Positions 23,242-35,416 of a stretch of DNA of 35,416 nt are shown here, piece after piece. The position numbers and the translations under genes are program-made. Source of the stretch: Toensbergia leucococca (lineage: Eukaryota). Below the pieces are notes generated by a model. It made no database searches. It was not told the origin of the DNA and saw only the letters and a list, made by a program, of their open reading frames with translations. Within the stretch, counting starts at the first letter, position 1, and every line of letters starts with the position of its first letter. The stretch lies in assembly GCA_022813965.1 (NCBI GenBank), contig JALDZS010000224.1, positions 1 through 35,416 of the forward strand. The letters are read 5' to 3'.

Positions 23242-23973
23242 TGCGACTTGCTCTACTATGGTCCTTGATGCTGAGGGACGGTTGTGATTGTGTTCGATCT
23301 AGCTTGAGACGATCGTAAGAGCTTTCTCGCACATGTGTATTGGGATTCCACGAAAGAAATTAATTTCAGAGGCTGAGTTGATTCATCGGGAGCTGAGGTT
23401 TGTGCCGCATGCAAGTTGTCGCAAAAGGTGAGGCACAAGATATGTAGGTCGCTGAGAGACGGGGCGCTCAGCAAGTTCAAGCCTGAGGCATCGACTCCAA
23501 ATGGCTGAATGCTTTATTCCAGATGAACCAAGGTTGAGTCGATCTGATAAAAAGTTGCGAACCCTGGAAATGTACAAGGGGTGGGGTGCAATTTGCAGAT
23601 AGCTTCATGGACAATTATTTAAGGTTTCAGGGACCACTTGTTTCATCCCAAACCGGACAAGGAGATTTTCTAGTCCATTATCCCTCGATCCACGGATATT
23701 TACCTACTCATACGGAATAAGCTCGATAAGCAACTCTTTCCAACCACCACAACACCTCTGATCAAACACTTGACATCAATGCTTGACAACAACAACAACA
23801 ACAAGCTTTGTACAGAGCCTCTCTATTGATACTCCACTACCGGATAGTACTGAACAGGTATGGTGCTATGTACACTATGCTTACATCCAATATACACGTT
23901 CCACGTAAAGTAGCCGTCCCAAAGGTAAGGCACCAACTCCTAGACCGCCTGACCAGACCGTGGAATTCAATCA

Positions 23974-26017
23974 TTAATGGATTGCCTCTCGGCTGTCATC
24001 GTACTTGTCGAGCTCACTGCCATCCCCGGAATAGCCGATGTGATCTCGGTTATCATCAATGATCCGCCCGTACTCCAGAAGAAGACGAAACATGTAGATC
24101 TAACAGATCATAAGCTGCTGTTCTCTGAAATCACGTACCCTATTGTATCTAAGCACTCACCTCAATATCCTCTCTCCGAAGAACCTTGTTAGCCCATTCT
24201 CTACCTTGATCCGCGATCCTTTTCCCCTCCGCATCGTGTCTTGCCATGTAGGCAATGTTAGAGGCTTCGCTTTCGCTCGTTACCTGTCGCTGCTCCACGC
24301 TCCCAGTGCCAATGAAATAGGTGAGCAAGCTATAAACATCGTCGTACCGATTGTCCATCGGTACAAAATGGCGCCATTCAAAGAGCCTGGAATCGTGCCA
24401 TTCGCGGAAGATAGTGGCCTTGATACCGAGTGACTTGCTCTCGAGGAAAGCTCGCCACCGTCCAGAAAAAGAATGACCATCTACATCGACAACATACTTG
24501 TACTTGAACTGCTCCGAAAGTGAGATCTGAGGCTTTAGCGTCAATACGTTGTCGTAGAAGTCGCAGTTTGCAGGGATGCACCCCAAAGTTTCAACAAAGC
24601 CCACGTCCGTATGCAGTTCTGCAAACTGAGAAGGTTTAAAGTGTGCATCATTTTCATACTCTCCTTTTCTGTTCAACTGCTCTGTCAAAATTCTGACCTC
24701 TTTCCCCTCCATCTCCGTTCCGTTAACAAGCATGACAAGACGTTGCCGGTGCATTCGCTGCCAATTATCTTTGAGTTGAGTTCCACCTGAAGTCACGCCT
24801 CGCCATACCATGACATCGGTCTTATCATCCCAATCTACATCATGCTCGTCACTGTAATCATACCGATCGTCGTGCATCCAGTACATGTTTGCGGGAAACA
24901 GTATATCGCTGTTGACATTGACCTTGCACTCACCGAATATGGGTACGAGACGTTTGGTAGCGACGATAGATGAACTTGAATAGAGAAATCCATGCTTGTC
25001 TTGGATTTCTGGGCCGACAGTACACAAGTCCGAAGTACGGTTGAAATTTGTGATGAGGCCGCCAGAACGATCTTTGTAAAGAGCTTCCGAGTCCCCCATG
25101 GTTGAGAAATTACTTCGGGCGTGAGACTCCGGAGGGCAAGCAGTTCTAGCGATATCCATGTACTGTTTGCCAGGAGCAGGATACCACTGTGGATCTTCTC
25201 GAGGTCCATCGTCTGTCTCTGAAGTCAAATTTAGGTAGTTTGGCATGCCTGCGGTAAATTCATCAATGGTATCGGGCGGGGTTTGCCTCGTCTCCAGTTC
25301 CTTTGCAAGCAATGCCTGCATTTCTTCCCAGGGGACAACCACCCGAGGCTGATCCAACCTATTCATTGCGATATCCATGTCTGGCAAGTATTCGACGAAT
25401 CTCTCAATAAGGCTGATCATTGTTTCCGACCTCCATGAATGGTTGTTTTCTTTGACGACCTTATGATTACGAATGTGGATGCCTGCTACCCCGTGCTCCT
25501 TATTTTCCCACATGTGCGCTGCTAGCGTTCGTAGAATCCGAGGCTCGATGGCCCAGAAGGGGCGCAGATCATCCATGACTTGTTGAAAATCATCAATGTG
25601 GTGAACATTTTTTTCCCGAGCGAACTGATACCACGCTTGGAAGCCTGGTGGGGGATGACGCCCATATTTCCTCCTATACTTGCTCACAGTCTCCTTGAAA
25701 GTTATTGACCGACTTTCATCGTATTCTCGCCAAGATGTGTCAGCCTCTTTCATCAACTTTGCTATCGGATGTGTATCGACTGGCCCTTGTGCGTTGTCGA
25801 CATTGCTATCGTCTTGCCAAATGGAATCGTCGATCGTATGCGGAATTGAAGGGCCCAGACCAAGAGAGTTCTTCGGCCTGCCTGGGATGGGGATTTTATT
25901 GAGGCGAGACTTGATATCTGTTCCAGAAAGCACCAATAGATTGGCGACAATGATAAAAAGACCAATGGCAGCTACGGCGAGAAACAGACGCCGCCTGCCG
26001 CGGTCGAAAGACATCAT
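23974..26017 (-). CDS. Glycosyltransferase family 90 (CAP10/Cxt1-like xylosyltransferase), exons 26017-24161 and 24099-23974
   Basis: N-terminal signal anchor, YRRKYGRHPPPGF..W, LPDMDIAMN..DQPRV, WRG.TSGG, HRQRLV, YKYVVDVDGHSFSGR, KATIFREW, W.HFVP, and LRREDIE spliced to IYMFRLLLEY. The start Met is uncertain (26017 vs 26074 region). Confidence 0.9.
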
Positions 26018-26292
26018 CCTGAGACTCGGTGGTGATATGATATCAGGCTCGCTGACCAGAACTCCAATGCACACATGATGAAGTAAATGTAGAGATATCT
26101 AAACTCAATGGTGGACTATGTTGCAAATAGAACAGGAGACCAGAACGGAATAAATTTCTCGGCATTGTTTGTGCCGACACCGACGCCAAGAAATTGAGGC
26201 TGATTTGATCTGAAAGTGACTTCTACTCCTCCACTCGTACATACACGCATATCAACAGCAGAGGCAGGGCAACCTCCTAGAGTTCTGGCAGG

Positions 26293-27233
26293 ATGCCTCC
26301 GAGAGTACGCTCTATCTTTAGACTTTTACCTCTTAGGTCCTCCTCGTGTACAAATGTCTCGCCATTTCTCTTACCATTCTTACATAATCAACAACGTGCT
26401 GCTTCCATCCTCTCTAGCTTGTCCGACAATGCGGGCGCTTATAGCAGGAATATCAGACTCGGCCGAGGACCTTCGTCAGGGAAGGGCAAGACTTCCGGGC
26501 GAGGTCACAAGGGCCAAAAGCAGCATGGCAAAGTTCCGCAAGGTTTCAATGGAGGCCAAACGCCCCTAGAAGTTACGCACCCTGCGCGAGGAAAAGAGAA
26601 TAGAAACAAGGTGTAAGTGCTTACCATACAAGCTTGACAGAGCCTCTGTAGACTGATGGAGGTTGGTGTCTTAGTTTCTCGACGGACATGAATTCGGTGA
26701 ACATTGACCGTATTCAAGCATGGATTGATCAAGGTCGCCTGGATCCATCCAAACCCATCACTATCAAGGAACTTGGAGATTCGAGATGTGTAACCAACAT
26801 CAAAGACGGTGTCAAGTTACTTGCTCGAGGATCGGAACAGCTGCGCACACCCATCGATGTCGTTATCTCGCGAGCCTCGGCGGCCGCCATCTCAACAATT
26901 GAGGCCGCCGGCGGCTCGGTTATGACTCGATATTATACTCCGTTCGCAATACAGAGGATATTGCGTGGCAAGACCGACCCCATCAACTCTCTCAGATCTC
27001 AAACAACTGGGGATAGGAGCAATCAATCGCCCTTCACGCATCGCCTACCTGATCCTACGGGCAGGAAAGATATCGAGTATTACAGAGACGAGGAACATAG
27101 GGGTTTCCTCAGCTACTCTGTTGAAAAGGGGCAGGGACCTAGTTTGTTCTTTAAGGCGCCTAGATTTGGTAAGCCTGTGAAGCGGAAGTCTTCTGGATCA
27201 CGGGCTGTGGCAGGGGAAAATCGGATTTGGTAA
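26293..27233 (+). CDS. MRPL10: Mitochondrial large ribosomal subunit protein uL15m, exons 26293-26612 and 26675-27233
   Basis: [62 protein letters not shown] and [14 protein letters not shown]. Intron 26613-26674 is GTAAGT..TAG. Confidence 0.95.
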
Positions 27234-30200
27234 TAGGTTGTACAATTTTATTGCATAAAACGGAAATGTTCAAAGAATGCTCCTGCTCACTGTTTGCGTG
27301 AAATAAATGTCAGTGATCTTTCGATTCGAAGACTCGAGGGATTAAGGGACTTTATTGAGGTAAAGTAAGACACCATGATGATTTTCTCCGCCTTTTTTCC
27401 CAGTACGTTTTTCAAAGTAACATATCTCTCTTTCCTTGATATGTTCTTGGCATGTAGTACTTTCAACATCAATAACTTTTCGTTTGCTACACCGAGTAAT
27501 TAAGATGTTCTCGATGCTCTTCCTAGTACGATCCATCAGGCCTGCCAATAATATGTGTGGTCGGCAAATCGAAGCAGATCTCTAATTGGTCAGCAGCGCA
27601 ACGTTTGGTTTACTCAGAGAAAAAAGAGTGGTTGCCAGATGATGACTACAAGGCGAGCACCGACCTGGACGACGACTTCTGTATCATACTAGATCAGTGC
27701 ACTACATCCACGTCTACGAAGGCTGTCACCTCCTACCTCAATCGATAATCCCGTGATTTTTTTACACTTAAGCAAGATTCATATGCCAGTGATTTAAGCA
27801 GCTGAGTTCAAACTTCGACATGTCAAGAGAACACTCGTCGGCACCTACGGAGATCTTGTGATCTTGTGATTAAATGGTGACATTAGGTGAATGAAGCGGT
27901 TCCTGTTTCAAAGATGTTCTGTTCTTGATCCGCCAAGGTTATCCTAACCTTGGACCTCATTCACCTTCAAGCAGCCTGGAATCTTTCAGCGTTCATGTCC
28001 ACTCTTCTGATGTGCATCTATCTACATATCAGATATATATCTCTTATGGAAATCTGTCTTTGCCAATAAGTCCCCTCAACACAATCTGGACTAAATAGCT
28101 TAGGAGGAATGAGGTTTTCGCCTTGCACTGGGATCTACTCTTGACAAGGAAGGATATCTTGGACAAGTTGCAGAGCGTCTGACTACAAATTGACAGCCGA
28201 GGCTTTCTATTTGTGATGTTATCTGCATCACGTGCCAAGAAGGCGGCAGCTCCGAGACAAGGTGCTGAAGAGACTATCAGCATAATGCCATCTCGTCAAT
28301 TGAGTTACCTATCCTCCCATGACCTACCCATCGTGTCCACCCAATTAATCTTTACAGGCACATTTTGAAGAAATGGGTTGGCCAACCCAAAAATCCACAT
28401 CTTTACCGACCTTGAAGGATCGAAGTCTTACCTCTCATCCTTGGTTTGTTTGTCAAAAGTTTATGTACTATCAAAGAAAGACGTACATGACCTCATCTTT
28501 GCTCCTGCAACCTCAAGAAAGCCGTGCTCAGTCTAGAGCGGCAAATCAACGACCTCCGAGTTGAAATTGTGAGTCAGCCAAAGGACAAATCCAAGAGGCC
28601 GAGACTTACGAAGCCTTGTTAAAAGGAAGCCGGCCTTTAGCAGGGGTAACGGAAAGCGCTTGGGAAGTGGCTAGACGAAAAGGGGTACCTCAGATGAAGC
28701 AAGCGTCAAAGCAGCAAACCTACAATCGCTATGTGTAACTCTTAGGCGACTGCCACCTTCCTATCACTACGTACAGATATTCGAACACAGCACTATTCGT
28801 TACTGATGCAGCGGCAACACGAGTCTTGGCTGATCTTAAATCCAGGTTTCTATCAACAAATGGAATTCATCTCGTCAATCTGATACAACGATGTACGACA
28901 TCCTCACACCCATTGCTGCGCTTGCGTAGATCGTCAAGACAAACAATTCCCAGATACGTCAAGAAAAGCAGGACTCCTTGAAGCTGTAGCTGAACAGATT
29001 TAAGGTCTCACTTTGAAGTTTAACACCGACTTCCTCTCGACCGTCATTTTTTGTTGATACCTTGATGTCGAGTACAGGAATTGGTATTATCAACGCTCCT
29101 CAGTATCATTGCATCTGCAAGCTCATGATGAGATCTAGGCTACTTCAGTCCCCTTTAAGACTGAAGCAGGTCCGTGGGTGAAGTTTGAATACAGTTTTCA
29201 CAAAGAAACTCTACGCATCATCTGCACCTTGGGTCTACCTTCAATATACTCTTGAACACCAACATGAAAGATGCTGAAGGTTCTTTTGATCTAAATTGGC
29301 ATCAGTGCCCGCATGTGAAAGCTTTCGAGATGACCAAGATGTAACCGAACATGGTAGCTCAAATCGTTATCCCGTCGTCAGAGCTTACGGATACGTGGAT
29401 GAGCGAATTTCAGACAAGTGTGAGTACAATCTCAAGGGGGTGCTTCTGACCTCTCATGTCAAGAGATCTCTGGCAAGCTCATCTCAAAAATCACTTGAAT
29501 ACATAAGTAATTTCCACTTCTCCTTCAGCCTCTTTTGACTCTTCATTAATAAGCTTCAACTTTACCAGTCAGCGTGGCTCAGTGCGCTGTAATTGCGTAG
29601 ACACGGGAAGCATGTTTGATGAACCCAAGATATATAGCAGTGAAAGATGCAAATGACGAAGAGACAACCCCGAGCCGACCGAGTCAAAAGAGAAAACATT
29701 GGGCTACAAAAAGAGGCGAGAGTAGTGCGAAGAGGGCAAAGCTGTCAGCATCGAGCAGCTCCCAAATTGCTTTGTTACCATTTCCCAATGGAGGAGAACA
29801 TGGACATCTGTGGCTCTACCAACGGCCCCGAGCGAGGATTGATAACAATATGATTGAAGCCAAGATGAGAATGATTCACATGGAATTCAAGTTCCAAGAA
29901 GCACTTGTCGAGCTTTGATTTCAAGAGAAGAGAATGTTGCATAAACTTTTCTTAATTGTGTGCTGTCTAGATTGAGAGAAATGAGACATGTCTAAAGAGT
30001 GATTTCTGAGTGTGCTGGATCATGAAAACTCAGAACAAGCTTCAACAAGTCTTTATTTGCGGCGCATCAATCAAGCATATCAGCAGCAGTACAAATTTTC
30101 ATTATCAATTGAGCACTGTGTCAGGAGTTCATTTTACTTTTTCAATTCCCTTAACGAAATCTGCTTATTGTGGTGAAACCTGGTGCTTTAAACACATGCC

Positions 30201-31139
30201 GAGATCAACGGATATGAATACCTTGAAATCTCCGTGGGCGGAGCGGAATTTTGTTGAAAGAGGGTATTAGGGACAATCAGGAATGAAAGAGACGGAGTCA
30301 AAGACCCACACTTGACGAGCATCATGTCAACCTGAAAAGTGTGAGACTTGTGGCAGTGTCAAGAGGTCTAGGAGAGCAGATCCGTGGCAAAATTCACATT
30401 GATATCACTACTGCAGCATAAGGGTCCGCTTACAATTGCTTGTCACTGTGACAGGTTATTAGGTTTCAACTCTGGGACGAGGCGATGGCTGCGTATTTAA
30501 CATCTCTAAGCTTTAAGAAAAAGTAACCGAGAAAAAAAGTAAAAGCCATAGCCTTTCAAAATTCCGAATCTACCGTGTCTACATGGACGAAGATGATGAT
30601 TCCCCTACTACAATCGGCCGCCAATCTCAAGTTCGAGACCAAGGAAATCGTGGAGACCCTCCACAAACACGAATCACCAAGACTGGCAAAGTTCAGGAAT
30701 TGGTAGCTACGAAGGGTCCAAAATTGCCAGATGCAATTCGTAGAGAGGGAAGTGATGATGATTAGCTCGTGGCTTCCAAATGTAGATTAGCTTAGCTAAC
30801 ATAAGTAGTAGCTGGCTGGATTCTTTAGAATTGACACCTCTTCCACCTCCCACGAACACACCGAATGTTTTGTTTCTATTGGGTGGCGACCACGGGGCGA
30901 TTCTGAGAGCCTAGAAGAGAGTCATTGTATCCATCTTCATCATATCAATCCATTGTGTTACCCTTACAACACGCTTCCCGTCACCATAACCTTACCAACC
31001 TCGCCATACCTTGGGCATCTTGCCTTGCTTCAGCACCGCGGACGATCTGTTGATTTTTACGTTGCACCTACTAACAGAACTGAACCTCAACTCATCCCCG
31101 GAATCAACACCATCTTGTGAGACTATACCTAACCTTATC

Positions 31140-32020
31140 ATGCCGTCCTTCAAGCCACACAATCGTCCTAAGTTTGAGACGTCAGGACCATTCACTGAAA
31201 AAGATGAATCTGCAGCTCAATGATTATGAAGCTTTGAATATGACCTTGCTGAGTACATGAAGCTAGAGGATATACCACTCAAGACTTACCTAATGCATGT
31301 AGATAGACTTATGAAGAGTGATGCAGCAAACTGAGCTGAGAGCCAGTCAGAGGTCATTCAGTTACTCACCATGGAGAACCCAACTAGAGAAACCATAGCC
31401 ACGTTTAAGGCCATTCTATGTGAGAGATTCCCATCAAGGGCGGTAGAGATCGCGCCGATACCCTTCAATGTGGAACTATCAGAACAGAAAGAGGAAGAGT
31501 CCCTATCCTCATACTACCAACGAGTTGCCACCATGATGCAAAGAATAGGTGTTCGAGACCGCCCATCAATAGATGGTGCAGCTCCTTACTCCATGGTAGA
31601 AGAAGCCATGTTAGATACCATCCTATACGCCTTTATAAGAGGCCTTCGTGATCCCGCCATCCAAGTGCTCGGGGGATGATCGGTCAACCACGGTTCGACA
31701 TTGGGACGATGATGAACATGCCAGCCGAGATTAGCTTAGGAGAACTGCTCGACCGGTCTGACTCAACTATCAAAGAACTGACTTATAACATGCAGAGGGC
31801 TACGCCTCGCTATCGTATAAGGAAAGGGACTAATGTTAAATCTGACAAAGCTCCTAGTCGCACGGTCCTCGCTGCGTCAGCTACATTACCGCCTCCGGTC
31901 ACAGCTAATGCCTTCGAAGATGATGGAGAATCCAAGCCCGTGATGATTACATCCTGGGTTCATTCCCTGCGCCTGCCCAGAACCCTGCTTGATAGGGGGA
32001 TCTTTAGTTGAATTGATTAA
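31140..32020 (+). mobile_element. Decayed, internally deleted LTR retrotransposon (probably Ty3/gypsy-like) gag and aspartic protease relic
   Basis: Frame from 31140 reads gag-like (..ESAAQ*L*SFEYDL..DAAN*AES..FKAILCERFP..QKEEESLSSYYQR..AFIRGLRD) with three in-frame TGA. A later frame ends in a frameshifted protease-like TLLD.GSLVELI. No RT, integrase or LTR pair was seen. Confidence 0.65.
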
Positions 32021-32129
32021 CCTACCTCTTTCCAAACCTAGCCCTGGTACGTCCCTAGCTGTGCCGGGTTTTTCCAAATCCACTACTACTGGTCTTTTCG
32101 CATATTCTGAATATGCCTTCCTTGGGTCT

Positions 32130-32228
32130 AGCCCTCTAGGTTCCATGGATTTTCATAAACCCAGCCCACTTGGTTCTATGGGTTTTGGCAAACCCAGCCA
32201 TTTCGGTTCCATGGATCTTCGCAAGCGA
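32130..32228 (+). repeat. Three degenerate 33-bp tandem units (SPLGSMDFHKP / SPLGSMGFGKP / SHFGSMDLRKR)
   Basis: Units start at 32130, 32163 and 32196 within ORF 31989-32573. Confidence 0.8.
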
Positions 32229-33919
32229 CATACGACAGACTCTTCTCCATCCATCCGTTTGAAGAAACCGAGATTTATCCGGGCGATAGAGGATTTTTCA
32301 CTACCCACCCAGCTGCCAGCTGGGGATTCGAGCCTCACCAAAGCGGCAACTAGATACCAGACCACGGTCACAGCGCTTGCTGCATCAGATGCACTAGTCA
32401 TTGATACTACACAGCAGATCCAAACAATTGTCAAAGATTCCTCGAGTGCCATCAATAACCCAGAGGTGAAAAAAAATTCTCGAGGACCTAGTCGCCCTGC
32501 ATGGCAGCTTGAAGAGTGGCCGAAAGCTAGTAATGGGGATTTCGGGATCTTGAAGGCCTATAAACTTTCTTGAATCATTCCTCATCCTACATCTATCATC
32601 ACCGTTTCGCCCATCGCCAACCAAGTCAGTTTGCTATCGTCACCACAGTTTGCTATCGTCCACATCATCGCAAAGCAAAGCCGTGGATAACCTACGAATT
32701 GCTCGGTCTTCTATCTTCAATTTGAAAGCATCACATAAAAAGTTTGTCTACATATTTCATCACCGTATTTCATTACAATCCAGACTGTCACAACCTTTGG
32801 TAAAGCCACAGGTTACCCTAGCGATACCGTAACTACACCGTGTCGTCTACCTACTTCAGTTCGTCAGTTCGTATTTTCCGGCTATCATTACCTTGTGGAT
32901 AAGCCAAGGAACATTCAATCAGATACCTACCTCTCATAAGCCAGCCTCGCAATAAAGAGAGAAGGCATTCTTCAAGACCAGAGATCACGGAAACATGACT
33001 GCATTGAATTGAGCATGTTTCAATGGTGGTGTCGAAGTTGTGGATATATTGCTGAAAAACAGGCGCCTCTTCGCTCAACCTCCTGAATCGCGATGAAAGG
33101 ACCTCGCGGTTATGGCAGAACGATTTATAGATTCTGAGTCTTTGATAAGAAAAGGTGCTAATATCAAGGCTTAGGGCATGTCAATCCTTGGACTAATACA
33201 TCATGCTTGTATGAGTTTCAAGGCTGATTCTGAGTTTTCTCATTTATTGCTGAAAGAGATTATTTCAATGACCTGGGCCAACGTATCCAGGTAAATCTCA
33301 ATCTCCAGGATAGAATATCTTGATGTTGTGAAACAAGACGCCCCTCAAATTGCGTTCTTATTCCAGATGTTCAAACCTGTGCTACTCGAGAGAAAGCCGA
33401 AAGATACTCCACGAGTATTCCATCCGAAAAAAGATGCGGATTCGGTACAGATTCTGCGGAAGCAAAGGCCTGAGCGAAATCGCATGCTACGAAAAACGTC
33501 GCGGGGAAAGAAGTGTACCTGATAATATCCGACTTAAAGGAAGACATGGATTATGCGGTTGCAGAATTCAAGGAGACCTCAGGGACTCAATATTACATCA
33601 AGGACGCGTTCGAATCACTGATCAATGAAAGGAACGTCTCTTGCACCCAAGGATATTACTACAAAGAAGACAGACAAGTCGCACTGAAAGTGCCACGCGC
33701 ACGCCGTATACAAATTGAAATGTGAGGCATACGTAATAGCAAGAAAGAAATGGGAATGAGATTGACAGAATGAGCTTAAATCAGTCATGATGAAACCATA
33801 GCTTGACCAAGATCAGAGCTAAACTTTGACGAAATCCAAGGACTAGCGGGACTGTTTAATTAGGCATTTGCCCCGGATCCTCGAAGGTGAATCCAATAGA
33901 TGCGCGGCGATTAATCAAA

Positions 33920-34930
33920 TTAGGTACAGAAACACTCAACGCCTGCAGTAGCAAATTGTGTGAAATTCAGCATGTATAAAAATTTAAGAGCATTATAAAA
34001 GAGGGAATGAGGCAGTCTGAAATGCTGATAACATTCAGCATCAACTATTATGTCTGACAGACTGAAAAGATTGAAGAAATGTACTTTAGCTACTGACACT
34101 GAGATAAAGAAGATGACAGAAAGCTTTGAAATCTGACGTTCAAGAACTTGAATAAAAAGAAGACACTTGTTATGGATTATCGCTAGGGAGGCTGGGAGGC
34201 AGGAGGCTTCGCTAGGCCTCGCTAGAATCACTCAGCTCTACTAGAAATCATGATGACATACTAGCATGACTCACTTAGCGCACTTATATACTCACTTCTT
34301 AGCTAGAAAAATTCATCAATTTTACACACTATGAATAATATCATAACAACACTATCTAAGAAAGTTCTTCATCAATTAAATACTTAAGTGAGATGAGACT
34401 GTAGCTCTGAACAGCAAAAATTATCATTTATTAATCATAATCTTATTACTTAAAACCTCAATTATAAGTGTTGAGACTCATCATTAGAAAGAAAAAGTTA
34501 CTCTTCACACATTTAAATCTACTTCTCAGAAAATACACACTCATGACATAATAGTCAAGACTCTGTGCTCAACTCTTCTATCAAACCTCAATGCAAGAAA
34601 TAGAACGAGAAGTAAGAGATGAAAAAACCTCACTGCTGAGAATTAAGAAAAAACAAATCACCTCAAGACAGAAATCACAGAGATTTGATTCTTGCTCATG
34701 ATACTGATTTCAAACATCCTCACCGCAGTCCCTCAAATCCAAGGCACTCATTCAATCAACTCACCAAGCTATCCTCAAGAACATCACACAAAATTCATGC
34801 TCAGAGAAGAAAAAAAAAGCACTCACAAATGATAGATAATTCAGCTAGCAAGCCTCTGCTTCCATCAGTCATCTTCAACACTCATGTATTGAGTGAGTGT
34901 TTTCTCACGAGCGTTACAGGACAAACCTGA
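33920..34930. other. AT-rich, CpG-poor, stop-ridden sequence; probable mutated (RIP-like) repeat relic
   Basis: Visibly lower GC, few CpG and abundant TGA/TCA/TA. The family is not recognisable. Confidence 0.4.
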
Positions 34931-35029
34931 TCATCATTTCTGCAATTCGTTGCCCCCCGTCTTCAGCGATCCCTAGCTAATCCTTCCTCCCCACCAGGCT
35001 CCAAAGAGCCATCCCCATAACCAAAGCCA

Positions 35030-35322
35030 CAAAGTCGCAGTCCCGTCCATCCTCTTGCCCCCATCCAACCTCTTCACCTTGACACCCTACCTCCCCAAAC
35101 GCCCCCACCCCGCTCCCCTCTTCCAACTCCCTCACCCCTTAATTTCCACCCTTCCAAAAGCATCATCCTCCCCCCCCCTCTCCCTCTCTCTCCTCACGGT
35201 CCCCTCTCCACCCTCTCCACCCTCCCTTCTTAGTACCATCCCTTCTCCCTCCATCCACCCCCTCCTCACCATCCCCTCTCCACCCTCTCCACCCTCCCCT
35301 CCCTCTTAGTACCTTCCCCCCC

Positions 35323-35416
<94 letters not shown>
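35030..35416. repeat. C-rich low-complexity tract with an internal ~50-nt duplication and a terminal poly-C run
   Basis: tcccctctccaccctctccaccctccc...tcttagtacc occurs at ~35200-35237 and ~35272-35313. Pure C runs from ~35325 to the window end. Confidence 0.9.

Noticed and set aside
35325..35416. ~90-nt poly-C at the window end
   Set aside because: Most likely a sequencing or assembly artefact (for example a no-signal poly-G run) at a contig end, not biology.
1..35416. CRISPR arrays, tRNA, rRNA, operons or a secondary-metabolite cluster
   Set aside because: None seen. The genes are spliced eukaryotic housekeeping genes with unrelated functions.

Overview
Eukaryotic DNA from a filamentous ascomycete (Pezizomycotina-type short GT-AG introns). 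Positions ~700-27250 hold nine intron-containing housekeeping genes: ARG4, VAC8, CSL4, mitoribosomal mL38/MRPL35, CHS7, an ARO80-type Zn2Cys6 factor, an SH3 polarity protein of the Tea4/TeaC/Bud14 family, a CAP10-like GT90 glycosyltransferase and mitoribosomal uL15m/MRPL10. Positions ~27500-35416 are gene-poor, with a decayed LTR-retrotransposon gag/protease relic, AT-rich decayed sequence and a terminal poly-C run. The most notable unexplained signal lies between CHS7 and ARO80 (~13800-14650). There the minus strand folds by hand into a large structured RNA with mostly minus-strand G-U wobbles. Its order of elements (enclosing helix, telomere-like template, pseudoknot, three-way junction) resembles a telomerase RNA, and the template would imply a non-canonical TTATCAGGG repeat. 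This is a manual inference and has not been confirmed by any search or folding program. The window also shows local C-rich-to-G-rich skew domains that reshape the CSL4 coding sequence, a second minus-strand hairpin, and a recurrent TACGGAGTA motif upstream of several genes.
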